Below, one piece after another: positions 13,639 to 28,281 of a DNA stretch of 64,000 nt. The translations under genes were made by a program, and so were the position numbers. This DNA is from Octopus vulgaris (taxonomy: Eukaryota). The DNA is taken from NCBI GenBank assembly GCA_951406725.2, contig OX597837.1:15252001-15316000 (forward strand). The letters run 5' to 3'. Every line of letters starts with the position of its first letter. Position 1 is the first letter of the stretch. The notes beneath the pieces were generated by a model, which searched no databases, was not told where the DNA came from, and worked only from the letters and a program-made list of their open reading frames with translations.

Positions 13639-14315
13639 CGTGCGTGTGTGTGTGTGTGTGTGCGTGTTTGTGTGTGTGTGCGTGTGTGCGTGTTTGTGTG
13701 TGTGTGTGTGTGCGTGTGTGTGTGTGTGTGTGTGCAGAGTGATCGAAAAAGAGGAAAGTGGTGGTGGAGGGGAAGACAGATAATAGGGTGGAATAAAAGA
13801 GAAAAAAATTGAGAAAAAAAATAGGGAAACAAAAAGAAAAATCACAAAATATAATAAATAAATACAGTAAATAAATATATAAATAAGATATGCAAAAAAC
13901 AACAACAAAAAAACTAAAATCGCGGCACTTAATAAATATGGCGGTAAGTGGGGATATGTTTGAAAAGGTTTGGGAGTGAATATCTGACCCCAGTTTGTAT
14001 GAAAGACAAATAGCAGGAGTAGAAGGTCTAGAGAGGGTTCACAAGTTGGGCCAATCGTGTGACCCGGAGCCAAAGGAAGGGACCCTCCTGATGGTGTCCC
14101 GCTCTGCTAGAAATAGCCACCAAACTTTCCCTTAAATCACACGATACGGTCTGCTAAGCAGAGAGAGAGGAGTAGATTAGCTCATGATGATGTAGTTGTT
14201 GATATGATATGCTTGAGAGAAACTAAACAATAAACGGGATGGTCACGCTTGGAATACCTTTAATCAAAGGTCTTTTGGTTTCGGATTTGACACGGTGATA
14301 AACAACGATGGATGC

Positions 14316-14654
14316 TCCTCCTCTTCTTCTTCTTCTTCTTCTTCTTCCTCCTCCTCCTCCTCCTCTTCTTCTTCTTCTTCTTCTTCTTCTTCCTCCTCCT
14401 CCTCTTCTTCTTCTTCTTCTTCCTCCTCTTCTTCTTCCTCCTCTTCTTCTTCTTCTTCTTCTTCTTCCTCCTCCTCCCCCTCTTCTTCTTCTTCTTCTTC
14501 TTCTTCTTCTTCTTCCTCCTCCCTTCTTCTTCTTCTTCTTCTTCTTCTTCTTCTTCCTCCTCCTCCTCTTCTTCTTCTTCTTCTTCTTCTTCTTCTTCTT
14601 TTTCCTCCTCCTCCTCCTCCTCCTCTTCTTCTTCTTCTTCTTCTTCTTCTTCTT

Positions 14655-14684
<30 letters not shown>
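14316..14684. repeat. (CTT/CCT)n polypyrimidine microsatellite
   Basis: Directly visible; similar tracts at 21020-21136 and 25120-25299. Confidence 0.97.
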
Positions 14685-14685
<1 letters not shown>

Positions 14686-14787
14686 ATAACGGATTCGTTG
14701 TGTATTAAGTGTGGATCTTTATCTTTGAATTTCCTTTGATTTCAGGTATTTCTGAATGTTTATTTTTTTTTTAAATGCTATATTACT

Positions 14788-14872
14788 CCACCACTCCCCT
14801 CCACCACTCCCCTCCACCACTCCCCTCCACCACTCCCCTCCACCACTCCCCTCCACCACTCCCCTCCACCAC
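14788..14872. repeat. 13-bp minisatellite (CCACCACTCCCCT) x~6
   Basis: Perfect tandem units. Confidence 0.9.
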
Positions 14873-15286
14873 ACCCCTTTTCCTTCCTCTCTTGTCAATA
14901 TTTTCTCGTTGTTGATTTCGTTAAGGATTGGGTTATTTTCTTCATTTTCTCTCCATTCTTCTATATATTTGTTATGTTTGTTTTCCAAGATTTTCCTTTT
15001 TTTACTTGTGTTTCGATACAAGCAAGTCTAAAGGAATGATAATTTTCCTTTGTAACTATTGTAGGTATTGCTTAGAGTATTTCGTGTATCCAGGTGATAT
15101 TGATGGTCGTATCTGTTTTAATATATATATATAAGGATAAGATCGTTATTTAAAATATCGATCATATCAAGTGGCTAGCATGGGAATAAAAACCTCATAG
15201 GTAATAATTATGCTGTATGAACATTTAATGTGGTTTTAGAGTCTAGCATGATGGTATCTTTTAGATACCCTTAATTATAATTCATT

Positions 15287-15366
<80 letters not shown>

Positions 15367-15384
15367 CATAATATACATATACAT

Positions 15385-15582
15385 GACCTCGTGTGTACCG
15401 TTGGCGATTTTTTTCCCTCTGTCTTCCCTTCTCTGAATCTTTCCTTCTCCTATGTTTCCGACGAAGAGCTCCGCTCGAAACGTTAAACCCTCCTTCTTTC
15501 CTGAGCGTCCAGTAATACTATATTTGTTCCACGTCCTCGCGTTGTTGTGTTTTTTTGTGCTTTCTTGTTTGGATTAACTTTA
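15385..15582 (+). mobile_element. Penelope-like terminal repeat carrying a minimal hammerhead motif
   Basis: GTTT-CCGACGA-A-GAGC(TCC)GCTC-GAAA-CGTT-AAAC at 15454-15488; related copies at 25603-25720 (+) and 18640-18770 (-). Confidence 0.65.
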
Positions 15583-16737
15583 ACTACATATATGTATACA
15601 TATACTTTTCGCTCGCCTTTTAGTTTGTACAGCTACGCTTGGTAAGCAATTGATTTTTAAAAAATATCTTTTGTTTATTTTGTTAATTCCAGGTCTGTTT
15701 TCATGATTTACTGACTCCGTGAATATTCTTTTTATTCTCATTGTTTTCATTTTTGTTCGTTATTTCTATATCCCTTATTTTCTTTTATGTTTATATGTTT
15801 CATATCTTTAACATTTTTAATTAGCAGATCTGTTAGGATCTAAACTTACTTTCACATCCGGGTTATTTCTTGTCCAGATATTATATGTCTACGTTGTGAC
15901 AGTCTCATATTTTGAGTATTATAACTGCAAAATATGAAAATAGTATAAAAGCGTATACGTTTCTTGTTCAATTATATCTTTTTCTACTTTACTTATTGAA
16001 TTTAAGGCCTAAAATCCAAGCCTTTATCTCAAATTGAACTCTTTTCGTTGGGCAACGGCCTATTTGTTCGAGGCCATACATAATATAGCACGCTCCATGT
16101 TTCGTATGCTTCAGGCATCAAATTCAAAGGAGACATTCTTCTCGTTTAAAACCTTCGGCCGAATGTTGCTGCTTTCATTTACGTTGTATGTTATTTTGGG
16201 GGAATTGATGCTTTGATTTCTGTTTGGTTTGTGTGTTTACATTTGCTTGTTAAACGACGACGGGTGCAAACATTTGCAATACATTACTCATATTAGACAA
16301 AGTTAATGTATTACTTACACAGACATCTTTCAACATTTTCATCCGTTGTTTTTGATTTTCTTCAACGGATATTTTCCAGAGCCGTAAAGTAACAATATCG
16401 AATGATATTCGCCTCCAGCGATTTGCTCTGATATCCGTTCCGTTCCTCCTTCACTGCTTCTCATGTATTTCGCTTCGACCAAACCCTCCACAACTTTCTT
16501 TTTCTCAAGTACCACTTAAAGAGAAGGATGAGGAGAGAGAGTGAAGTGGTACTTGCCCAGTAAATCTCTAGAAAAGCAGATGGGTGAAAGTAGCGAACCC
16601 AGCATCGGTGAATTCAACCAGCCTCGGCGTGTGTAATTATAGGGCAAAGAGCGCAACTGGAAGGTGGGGCTAGCGTTGGGGATTTGGGATCTTCTAGAAT
16701 AAGATTCACCGATTTCCTGCTCGAACTATTTCATTTC

Positions 16738-16800
<63 letters not shown>

Positions 16801-18639
16801 ACACACACACATGTATATATCCGCATACATATTTACACAGACATATGTATAAATAAAACACGCTATACCAAGGTACTCTGCAAAATTGATGTTTTTCAAT
16901 TTATTGATTTAAAACATCAAATCCAATTCACTGTTATCATATTTACTGTTGAACTGTACCGAGCATTAAAGATCGTTTGTTTACCTTTCATTTTCTGTCG
17001 GTGCAATTTGTTTCATTTTGTTCGCCGTCTTTTATGTACAAAGGTCGAAATATCGTCAACGTTTAAAATAATTATTAGTAATTTTAAAGAAATGTTTAAA
17101 ATGATATTTTAATGAATATCATTCACAACGCAAACGCTGACATTCTGAAGTTATACTATTTTAGACATACAAGAGCCACGTTCGTACTTTTGAGATCTTT
17201 TCCAAGTGTATTTTTCCACTGTTCTCACATACACCCCGTGTGAAAGGTTAGTCAATGTTTTAACGAATATCTTAAAGAATACGACAAACTGTATGAACAA
17301 TAATCTTCTAAAGTGACGGCCATCTTACCCCGAACAATGCTTAAGCGGATTCCCAAGTATTTTTCTAGTTACATAAGATAGAATGTATTCACATCGTTTG
17401 AAATCTTCGCAGGTAAGGTTCTCAAAAAGGAAGCTGTATAGTTTATCTATGCGACATATGCTTCGTGTATTCTGAATGAAGCAGTGTTCTACATAAATAT
17501 ATATTATTTTTAAAAGTAGTTTAAAATATATAATTAATTATTGTAAAAAGAAAGATGGAAAAGGTAATGTCTTTAGACTAAACATGCAACGGGAAGAGTT
17601 TACTTCAGCCATACCAAATCAAATAGAGGAGAAATTATTATATAGGCAAGATTGAGGGCAAATTTAATCAAAGATTTTGCAACTATGTCATTTTTCAAAC
17701 ATCCAGACAAGCAAACATCCATGACATTGAAAGAGAGAAAGAATGATTATACCATCAAATGAAGTGTACTCGAGAAACCAAAGGCCTATATGAACGGACT
17801 AAAAACATGAAGATTTTGCCTAATAGAGAGGATGCAAATTCGCCACTACAGACTAACTCAATTCAAAAACGGAAATTTTTACGAGATGTTCTCACGAAGA
17901 CAAATATATACTGTCCACCTGGAAAACCCAAACTGTGTTTTATAGATCTTTTTGTTAGGAGAAGCTCTGTCATCTTTTCCTTTTATTATTTTTTTTATTT
18001 CTGTGTCTTCTTACACTTCACCACTTTTCTTTAGACACTTTCATTCTTTTTTTTTTCACCTGTAGCTTTTAACTAATGTTGCTAACTTTTGAGCACACCT
18101 TTAAGTGTACGCCTACAAGCGTATGTTACTACTCCTATATCTATCACAAACATGTACCCATAACTATAGCGATTTGTGGCCTCGGATAGACAAACTTCTT
18201 ATGAAGAGTGGTTATTAAACCCAGAATCAATAACCACGGCTACAATCCACTCCATTTACTTAATGTTATTTAAAGCTTAAGCAATCTCTCCAAATCCTTT
18301 TCACACTCCACTCCAGATTGGAGGGAAAAGAATAGGATAATCTAAATTTTCAGAGTTATGGCCCCTGGGTCGTGCGTTCCTTCTCCTCTAAATTTTAATC
18401 AACTGATTTTCGGAAATATTTTTTCCCTGTCTATCTTTCTGGAATGTTTTCAGTCACCATTTTTGGTTTTAGTCAGATTTGAAGAATGGCTAAAGTAAGG
18501 CTAGGTAAGATCTTACTCCACACACGAAACCAATTGCAGACTACATATGTATGGATCTGTTATATGTATATACATACATACACACACATATATATATATA
18601 TATGCATACACACATACGTACAGTATTATTATTTAGGCG

Positions 18640-18770
18640 TCAGGAAATGAAGCAGGAAGGATGACGTTTCGAGCGGAGCTTTCGTCGGAAACATAAAGAA
18701 GGAAGAGAGAGGAAAGAAAGATCCGGAGCGGGCAACGGAGATAGAGAAAAAATACGGATGTTTACGATAA
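18640..18770 (-). mobile_element. Second copy of hammerhead-bearing repeat (decayed)
   Basis: The minus strand reads GTTTCCGACGAAAGCTCCGCTCGAAACGTC. Confidence 0.6.
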
Positions 18771-18891
18771 CAAGAGCAAAGTGGGTTTTTAAAGGCAAAA
18801 GAGTGGAGACAATAACGCAACAGAGTGTGTGTGAGTGTGTGCGTGTGCGTGTGTATATATATATATGTGTTAAAGGGGGGGGTTTGGAAAA

Positions 18892-18934
<43 letters not shown>

Positions 18935-18960
18935 TATGAATATATATATATATATATATA

Positions 18961-19121
18961 TATTTCTTTACTGCCCACAAGGGGCTAAACATAGAGGGGA
19001 CAAACAAGGACAGACAAAGGGATTAAGTCGATCACATCGACCCCAGTGCGAAGCTGGTACTTTATTTATCGACCCCGAAAGGATGAAAGGCAAAGTCGAC
19101 CTCGGCGGAATTTGAACTCAG
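18961..19121 (-). mobile_element. 5'-truncated SINE family A within (TA)n
   Basis: Near-identical to 5147-5308. Confidence 0.9.
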
Positions 19122-19868
19122 TATATGCATATATATATGTATATGTGTATCTATAAATATATGTGCAAATCTTTATGTATGTATATGTATATAATTACAC
19201 ACACACATACATTTATATGTATATATATATGCGTATATATATTTATCTTTATATATATAGATCTATATATATATTCATATATACACACGTATATAAGTGC
19301 ATACCTACAGAGAGACACTCTTATACACAACGCCATACACCCACATACCTACACATAAAACCTGGAGCCATACCCGTATCGCAACCGGTGTACACCCCGG
19401 TTTCTTAAACTCATCTTGCTTCTCTTTACAGAGAGTATTTATGGAGTATTTGCACGAACTGTTGCAAATTGATATGTTCGCCCTTATTCAAGCTTTTGCC
19501 CGCCCTACCCACCCCTACCACCCTCCACCCTACTTCACCGCCCAAAATTCCGTGGAAAATAGCAGAGATCAAAGAAAATGTGGATCCAAGAAGTATTCCT
19601 CGTGACAAAGCAACAGAAACGAGCGTTTAAAGGATTTCTTCTTCCCGAGGCAAAGAAAAGCATTTTTTTAATTGCATATCGTCTTTAATTCTATTTGATA
19701 TTTAGGCTCATTAAGATCTAAGATTGCTGGCGATTTGGAAGTAATAACATGGCGAGGAGTTGGGGGGTGGGGGAGTTAAAATTATCCCAACATAAAAGAA
19801 ATTTATTCCGCCTCAATGAATGTGTGTGTGTGATGATATTCTAACACACACACACACGTTTATGTATG

Positions 19869-19954
<86 letters not shown>

Positions 19955-20047
19955 CACATAAAATATATTTACTTTATTTACCTTCTCTTCTCAATTGCAA
20001 GTTTTTAAATATCGGTTGAACCCTTCCAGAATATTTATATATTCTCT

Positions 20048-20103
<56 letters not shown>

Positions 20104-20175
20104 TCTCTCTCTAACTTTCATTCGTTTTTACACATACTCTCCCCGGCTCTCTTTCTATCGCGCATACATTGAGAC

Positions 20176-20228
<53 letters not shown>

Positions 20229-20332
20229 AAATATATGTGTATATATATATATACACACAAACACACACACACACACACACATATATACATATATATATGT
20301 ATACGTGTATATATATGTATTATTTATATATA

Positions 20333-20532
<200 letters not shown>

Positions 20533-21486
20533 GGATAGACAGACATTACTAAGTCAACAAACATTTGACTAAGGAAATATAAATATATATTATGTGAACG
20601 AGGAATAAGAACGAGAGAGCAAGAAAGAGTGTGAAAGAGTGTGAAAGAGTAGGAAGGAATAACCTAAGTGGGGAAAATAAGCGAGAGAAATAAAAGAGAA
20701 AAACGAAAAAGAAAGGAAAAAAGAATGAGAAGAAAAAAAGAAAAGAAAAGAAAGAACGAGGAATACTGAGGGTAAATGCTAAAGAATCTGTGAAACTTTG
20801 ATGAAAGAGAAGTGAAAATTTTCAAGTATATTTTATATATTTCTGCTTTGATGTTTGCGCGGCGTCTCTTTGATGTGAGTCGGGCCAAGTTTACTGGTTC
20901 CATTTCGCTATTCTTTATAATAGAAATCATGTTGGTTTGTTTTGGGGGTAAATTTTTTTGTTTGGCTTCTTCTTGTTCTTGTTCTTGTTCCTCCTCCCCT
21001 CCTCCTCCTCCACCTCCTCCTCTTCTTCTTCTTCTTCTTCTTCTTCTTCTTCTTCTTCTTCTTCTTCTTCTTCTTCTTCTTCTTCTTCTTCTTCTTCTTC
21101 TTCTCCTTCTTCTTCTTCTTCTTCTTCTTCTTCTTCCAACATATAATATCAAACAAATATTGGCTTATTGTCTGAGACAAGACGTCGTGGAAATCAGTCG
21201 TCAGTTTTTGGGGGTTTTTTCTGTTTTTGCTCCGCTTCTGAGTGTGTTTTTAGTGGTGGTGTGCCTGCATCTGTGTGTGTGTGTGAGTGTGTTTATATTT
21301 ATGTGTATGTATTATGTATGCGTGTATGCATATAGATACATATTTATTACACACATATATTACTTATTAGTATATATATATATATAAATATATACGTATA
21401 TATATATATATATATATATATAGATAGATAGATAGATAGACAGACATAAATAGATAAATAGATAGACACGCACACATATATACATA

Positions 21487-21539
<53 letters not shown>

Positions 21540-21604
21540 AAATGTGTGTGTGTCTATCTATTTATCTATCTGTCTGTCTATCTGTCTTGTCTATCTATCT
21601 ATCT

Positions 21605-21648
<44 letters not shown>

Positions 21649-22956
21649 AGGTGGAATGAATGAATAAATATATGTGTGTGTGTGTATGTGTGTGTGTGTG
21701 TGTGTGTGTACATGTATATTCATACACACGTTCATATATAACCAAAATGTGGTTGTGGGTCTATGTGAAAATACGTTGCAAAGTATGTGTGTATGTGTTC
21801 AATTGCAAAGTGATTTAAAAATTATGGGAATGGTATACAGAAAAAAAACAGAAATAAAAACATAGATAAAGCCACAAAACAAACATGGAAGAAATAAACA
21901 CTCGTAGAAAACAGACGATTGTGAAGAAAGAGATTAAGATGAAGGTCGCTTAACTCATTTAGCAATAGCACCAGAATGATAAAAGACAAAGATAAATATT
22001 CTACACCTAATAAAATGGCGTCCTATTTATCACCTCTCTCTCTCTCTCCCATCCTCTCTTTCTCTTTCTTTATTACTTCCTCTGTTTCTTTCTTTGGTAA
22101 CTTTCTCGGAAGATCTGATGTCTACGGCACGGACTTTCAACTTTGTCAGAGCCTTCCTGTGGTTTAAATCAACTATTCGCCATAACAAAGGTGATTGATG
22201 GTGAATATAGAATTTAACGCGCTGTTCTCAAAAGGGAACGCGACGTCAGCAGAAGATTCAAAGTCACGATGTTCAGCCATCTTGTATTACAGAAATACAA
22301 GAGATTACAGCAAGCTAATGAGAGAACAGGTACACCATCGCTTCACCTGTTTCGTTCAGCAGCAAAATCACACCATACCATCTTTTAAGAAAACGGGAGA
22401 CATTTTAGATTATGTAGTCTTAGAGGTATAAAACTCGTTGTCGACTAGGAAGAAGGCTAACGTGTGCGTCTCGGAAGCCCTAGTCTCGCTGACGGTTACG
22501 ATGTCTATACCCGAGATCATTGAGCAGGTAGCTTTATTTCTATGCCGATCTCAAGTCTCACATATTGATATAGTCTATTTTCAACATGGTCATGTTTAGA
22601 GCAGGAAAAATAAAACTGCACCAAAATTTGGCGCATGCTCATTTATCTTGGTCTTGATATAGTCCCTTTTCGGGGATCCTTGAAGGGGTCTTTCAACACC
22701 GTGTCGCTCTGGATATTTAAAAAATTTCCCATGTCATATGGGAATTGTTTTCTCGGGGTGCGATACACTTTTGGCACGATTCTCACTAGAAATCCCCCTT
22801 TTGATATATTAAGGGTAGCGAAAATATAAAAGCCCTCCGCCTGTCGTAAAAATATTTTCCTTGTTTGTACAAATTCCGTCATCTCTAAGTTCCAATTTCA
22901 GAAAAACGGTAAAACTGAGAAGCTAATCTGTGTTTTGTTTTTGTTCTTATAATTGC

Positions 22957-23030
<74 letters not shown>

Positions 23031-23413
23031 TGGTGACTGTTCTTGTCTTTGCTGTTGTTGTTGTGGATGTTGTTATTGGTGTGGTTCTTGTAGAGGAGGA
23101 TTCCGTTGCCGTTGCATTGGCTCCAACCGTGGCCTTCGTTGCTGCTGTTCTGATCATTTTACGTTTTGTTGTTGTTCTTGTTGCGGTGAATGCTGCTGCA
23201 ACTGAGTTGAAATAACAAAGAGAACTTTCAAAATAAATATTCTGTGTGCTTTATTAGAAGGGTTGCTTATTAAAACTAATAAAGTCATAATCTGACATGT
23301 ATAAAGCTACAGGTGGTTGTCTGTTTCTTCAAGATTGCTAGTTCAAAGTAGACAGCCTTACCTGTTGTGTGTATATGATGATAATAGTAATAACAACAAC
23401 AACAACAACAATG

Positions 23414-23494
<81 letters not shown>

Positions 23495-23604
23495 GTAATA
23501 ATGATAATAGCATCAACAGTAGTGATAATAACAATGATAATACCAATAATGTTAACGTGAGTAATGCAAATTATGACCATATTTATTTTTATATTTATGA
23601 TAAT

Positions 23605-23960
23605 ATGAAAAAATGCAATTTTAGGAATGAAGCTGCATGTCCACTAAGAAATGAATGTCTCTCCAAAAACATCGTATACAGATAAACTGTTCGAACTTGG
23701 GCAAACTCTTTCGATCGCTTTTCAAAACTTTTCGAACTCAGGCAGTGTTCGAACTCTTTTTAAAACTCGGTGGCGTCATCTAATTGTGTCATTCAAAAGT
23801 TTTAAAAAAATGTACAACACCTCTCTGGCCAACCTCATTCGGAATGTGACAGAAAAGAAAATACAATTCAGCATCTGTTTCCTGATGAAAACTACATAGC
23901 CATATGATGTGAATTTCCAAATTATGTAATCTTTGTTTCGAAGAGACTTCGTAAATATTA
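23605..23960 (+). pseudogene. Decayed GIY-YIG endonuclease region of a Penelope-like retroelement
   Basis: Across frameshifts and stops: KCNFRNEAACPLRNECLSKNIVYR...FKTRWRHLIVSF...NTSLANLIRNVTEKKIQFSI...PY...SKLCNLCFEE. This fits the CNCR..CPL...CL...IVY / FK.R...H..SF / T.LS..IW.LK / C.LC..E pattern of marine-invertebrate PLE endonucleases. Confidence 0.8.
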
Positions 23961-24191
23961 CAATACAAAGAAGGTCAAATTAACATTTTTCGAAGCTTAT
24001 TATAAGATGTAATCGCAGATTTGGAAAAGCTTTCAGGTAATTCGGAGTAGCATTTAATATCCATTTCGGAAAACCTATAAACGGATTTTTGAAAATAAGC
24101 ATTTGGAATGTATAAAAATATATAGTAAATAAAAATATAGCTTGGTATATAAAAACAATTGACTTTGGTATAATTGATAAAATAAATATAC

Positions 24192-24259
<68 letters not shown>

Positions 24260-24358
24260 AATGAGGGTGAAAAATTTGATATTAATTTAATAATACCATC
24301 AATTTAACACCAAGTGGCTTAGCACATAAAAACCAGGGATACAATACAAATTTATACA

Positions 24359-24424
<66 letters not shown>

Positions 24425-24426
<2 letters not shown>

Positions 24427-24571
24427 GTAATCCCTCGACTACCGTGGGTGTTACGTTCCAAAACCTCAGAAATAATTAAAATCTAAAAAAGTATAAATAC
24501 TTATTGGCCGCAGAAACCCGCGATATATTGAGTGCATGATAGGTGACTCGCGATATGGCGAGGGATTACTG
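24425..24571. mobile_element. Tigger/pogo-like MITE (147 bp)
   Basis: Perfect 13-bp TIR CAGTAATCCCTCG...CGAGGGATTACTG; both 2-bp flanks are TG rather than the canonical TA. Confidence 0.8.
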
Positions 24572-24600
24572 TGTGTGTGTGTTTGTGTGTGTGTGTATAT

Positions 24601-24633
<33 letters not shown>

Positions 24634-25432
24634 AATGGTAGAATTACTTTTTGATTCTCAGAACATTCTAATTCCTTTTAAATAATCTCCCAATTTATTT
24701 ATTAATTTATTTATTGCTAGGCAAGAAGCATATTTCAACAGAAACAACAAGCTAGAACCATCTAGCTTGAAGAATGCCTTTGTCTGTGTGTCCCGACGGA
24801 GTGGGAGAGCATGATAAATGCTTCTTCTAGCGATTTGCATTTCATTGGAGATTGGCGAAAATCTTTGACCATTAATTCTACATAAAACACAGAAACATCA
24901 AATTACACAGTAAATACTAAATTGCGCGTCCAACCAATTCCAATACCACAAGAAGAGACACTAATTAGACGCGTGGTTCCGCAGACAAACCCATTATACT
25001 TTCTATCGTTTATGTGTTCATTCATTTCACTATTTATTTTCCCTTCTTATTTATTCTTATTTTCCTATCGATTCACCTTATTTCTTAACCAGTTAATATA
25101 ACTTCGGTTCATCATGGTTTCTTCTTCTTCTTCTTCTTCTTCTTCTTCTTCTTCTTCTTCTTCTTCTTCTTCTTCTTCTTCTTCTTCTTCTTCTTCTTTT
25201 TCTTCTTCTTTTTCTTCTTCTTCTTCTTCTTCTTCTTCTTCTTCTTTTCCTCTTCTTCTTCTTCTTCTTCTTCTTCTTCTTCTTCTTCTTCTTCTTCTTG
25301 TATCTTCCACTGACCATTCCCCTATGCACATGTGTAGGTAGACACACAACAGGAGCCACTCCTACTATAAATTCTTCCTATGACCTTAAACGATACTAAG
25401 CCCAACCACACACATAGATAAACAGCTACAAC

Positions 25433-25465
<33 letters not shown>

Positions 25466-25602
25466 ACGAGCTATCATTACACACACACACACAGACCTAG
25501 GCGCATGCACATACCCCCACATACACATACCTCCTTCTCTTGCCCTCTCCTGTCTTTGAAAGAACTTTTTCCTCACCCATTCCATTCCAGTCATTCAATA
25601 TG

Positions 25603-25720
25603 TGACCGCGTGTGTATCGTTGGCGATTTTCTTTCTCCGTCTTCCCTTCCTTGGACCTTTCCTTTTTCTATGTTTCTGACGAGGATCTCCACTCGAAACG
25701 TTAAATCCTCCTTCTTTCTT
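25603..25720 (+). mobile_element. Third copy of hammerhead-bearing repeat
   Basis: GTTT-CTGACGA-G-GATC(TCC)ACTC-GAAA-CGTT-AAAT at 25672-25706; canonical core, damaged stem II. Confidence 0.6.
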
Positions 25721-25789
25721 GTATGTGCATATACAAATATGTATGTATGTATGTATGTGCATATACAAATATGTATGTATGTATGTATG

Positions 25790-25821
<32 letters not shown>

Positions 25822-26000
25822 AATGTATCTATCTATCTGTCTGTCTGTCTATCTATCTATCTGTCCGTCAGTAATAAAATTGTGGCATTTCTGACGACAG
25901 AGCATGCTAGTTACATAATAATCCTCTTCTGATAGTATATTGATGAAGCAATTGTAGAATTATGGAATAAAACGAATTGCCCAATCCATTCCTCTTGTTA

Positions 26001-26036
<36 letters not shown>

Positions 26037-26190
26037 ACATACATACCTACCTACCTACCTACCTACCTACCTACCTACATATCTTTAAAAAATGAATTCC
26101 TCGCCAGTTTGGCGCTGGAAGTCATACTTTCGTTTGAAATACTCTAAATGTCTCTTACTCTTCGTACAATATTTACAAAGGTTAAGGCGG

Positions 26191-26264
<74 letters not shown>

Positions 26265-27288
26265 ATATATATATATATATACATATATACACTCTAAAGA
26301 ATATGTGTGGTAGGAAAACTACGTCGGTTTGACGTCCAACTTCTGGTACCAGAATTTCAGAATCTATTAAAGAAAATACAACTTTCTAAAGCATATCTAT
26401 ATATACATGCAAATGTATTCATACTCGCATATACATACATACATACATACATACACACACACACATGCACATACATTCATACACACACACACATAAAGGT
26501 TTATTTATTCGCTTTTCACTGTCACTTTTGGGAGTCTATATAAACTTGACTCTATAAATATATATAAACATTGCTATATAAACATGTCTATATAAACATG
26601 TATGTCGTGGGTGTTGAAACGTTTGGTGACTACTGTATATACACGAAGCTAGTTCTATCACACTTGTTCGCATCAAACACAACTACTAAATATACAAAGG
26701 GGACAATGAAGGGGTCATTACCTGGTCACCCGGCTTGCTAGAAATAACAGCGGTGAATCACGAGGGACGGCCAGTGGCCCATGACCCTTCATCGAGCCTC
26801 CGAGACTAATGGGAAAGATGGAACGAAGCAGGGAAGGAGGGAGAAAGATAGCTTGAATGCTGGCAACAGGTTGATCTCCGTTAAAGACACCCAAGGGTTT
26901 TAAGGTGAGGTGGCGGGGTGGTCCCTACTAGTTTAGAAATGGATGCCCATGTTGAATGAGGGGGTCTTACAAATGTTATGTCTGAATGTGTGTGTGTGTG
27001 TGTATAATATATGTCGTTGTTCTTGGAGCTGTTTGGGATGAAACACGTTCGAGAAGGCATTTAATCGAAGTCATTCCATCCGTGACTAACCCATATTTTT
27101 CCCCCGTTTGCATGGGACCTGAATCTACTTTACCAAACGGTAGGGTGCGATTAGATGGATATTTGATTGCTGTTTCTAGCGAGTTGAATGACCACGTTGT
27201 GGCTCCTTTGCTATCTCACCTTCCTCGCAGTTAAAACTGTAGCCGTATATGTATGTATATATATATATGTGTGTGTGTTTGTGTGTGT

Positions 27289-27327
<39 letters not shown>

Positions 27328-28077
27328 TATTTATGTGTTCGATTGTGTTATTTTAGGGAGTAGGGCTTCGGTGTGGCCGGGGTGGGTGAGAGGAGGAGGA
27401 GTCTTGTTCAAGAAAATTGCTTTCAAACATTGTAATTTTCTCGAGATCTTTATTTTATTGGCCTGGCTTTCTCCCAAGATGGCGGAAGACGTCAAAGTAC
27501 GAGGTTTAATGTCGCTCTTGGGACCCACTCAAGACGAGAAATTAGAGGGATGTGTGTGTGTGTGTGTGTGCGTGTGTGTGTGCGTGTTCGTGCGTGTGTG
27601 TGTGTTTATGTGTTTGTTTTTGTGCGTGAGTATCTGTGTGCGGGAGAAATTGGATGAGAGAATGTATGTGTAGGTGGGTATGCATGTGTGGGAGTGCGTG
27701 TGTATGTGTGTGTGTGTGTGTGTGTGCATGTGTGTGTATGCATGTGTGTATGTACGTACGTGTGTGTGCACGTATGTGTGCATGTGTGTGTTTGTGTGCG
27801 CGTACGTGTGTGTGTGCGCGCATGCATGTGTGTGCATGTGTGTGTGTACGTGTGTGTGTACATATGTGTGTGCGTGCGTACGTTCGCACTTGCGTTTGTT
27901 TGTGCATGTAAGTATGTGCAGTTATTCTACGTGTATTTGACGCGTTTGCGCATGTGTGCTTCTGTGTGTGTGTGAGAGAGAGAGAGAGGGAGAGACTGGG
28001 AGTAAGCGGAGAGAAAGAAAGAAAGAAAGAGAGAAAGAGAGATCTGTGTGTGCGTGTGCGTGTGCGTGTGCGTGCGT

Positions 28078-28123
<46 letters not shown>

Positions 28124-28211
28124 GCGTTTCTGTACGAGTGTTGTTGTATGTGTGTGTCAGTATGAGTATGAGCGCTCATATATCTGTTTCTGCATGTAGA
28201 TGTGAGTATGT

Positions 28212-28281
<70 letters not shown>

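Noticed and set aside
15700-17460. Isolated retroelement-like peptides on the minus strand (DKGLDFRP, KYLGI)
   Set aside because: Short motifs without alignable context; may be a decayed Penelope/LINE body but not supportable by eye.
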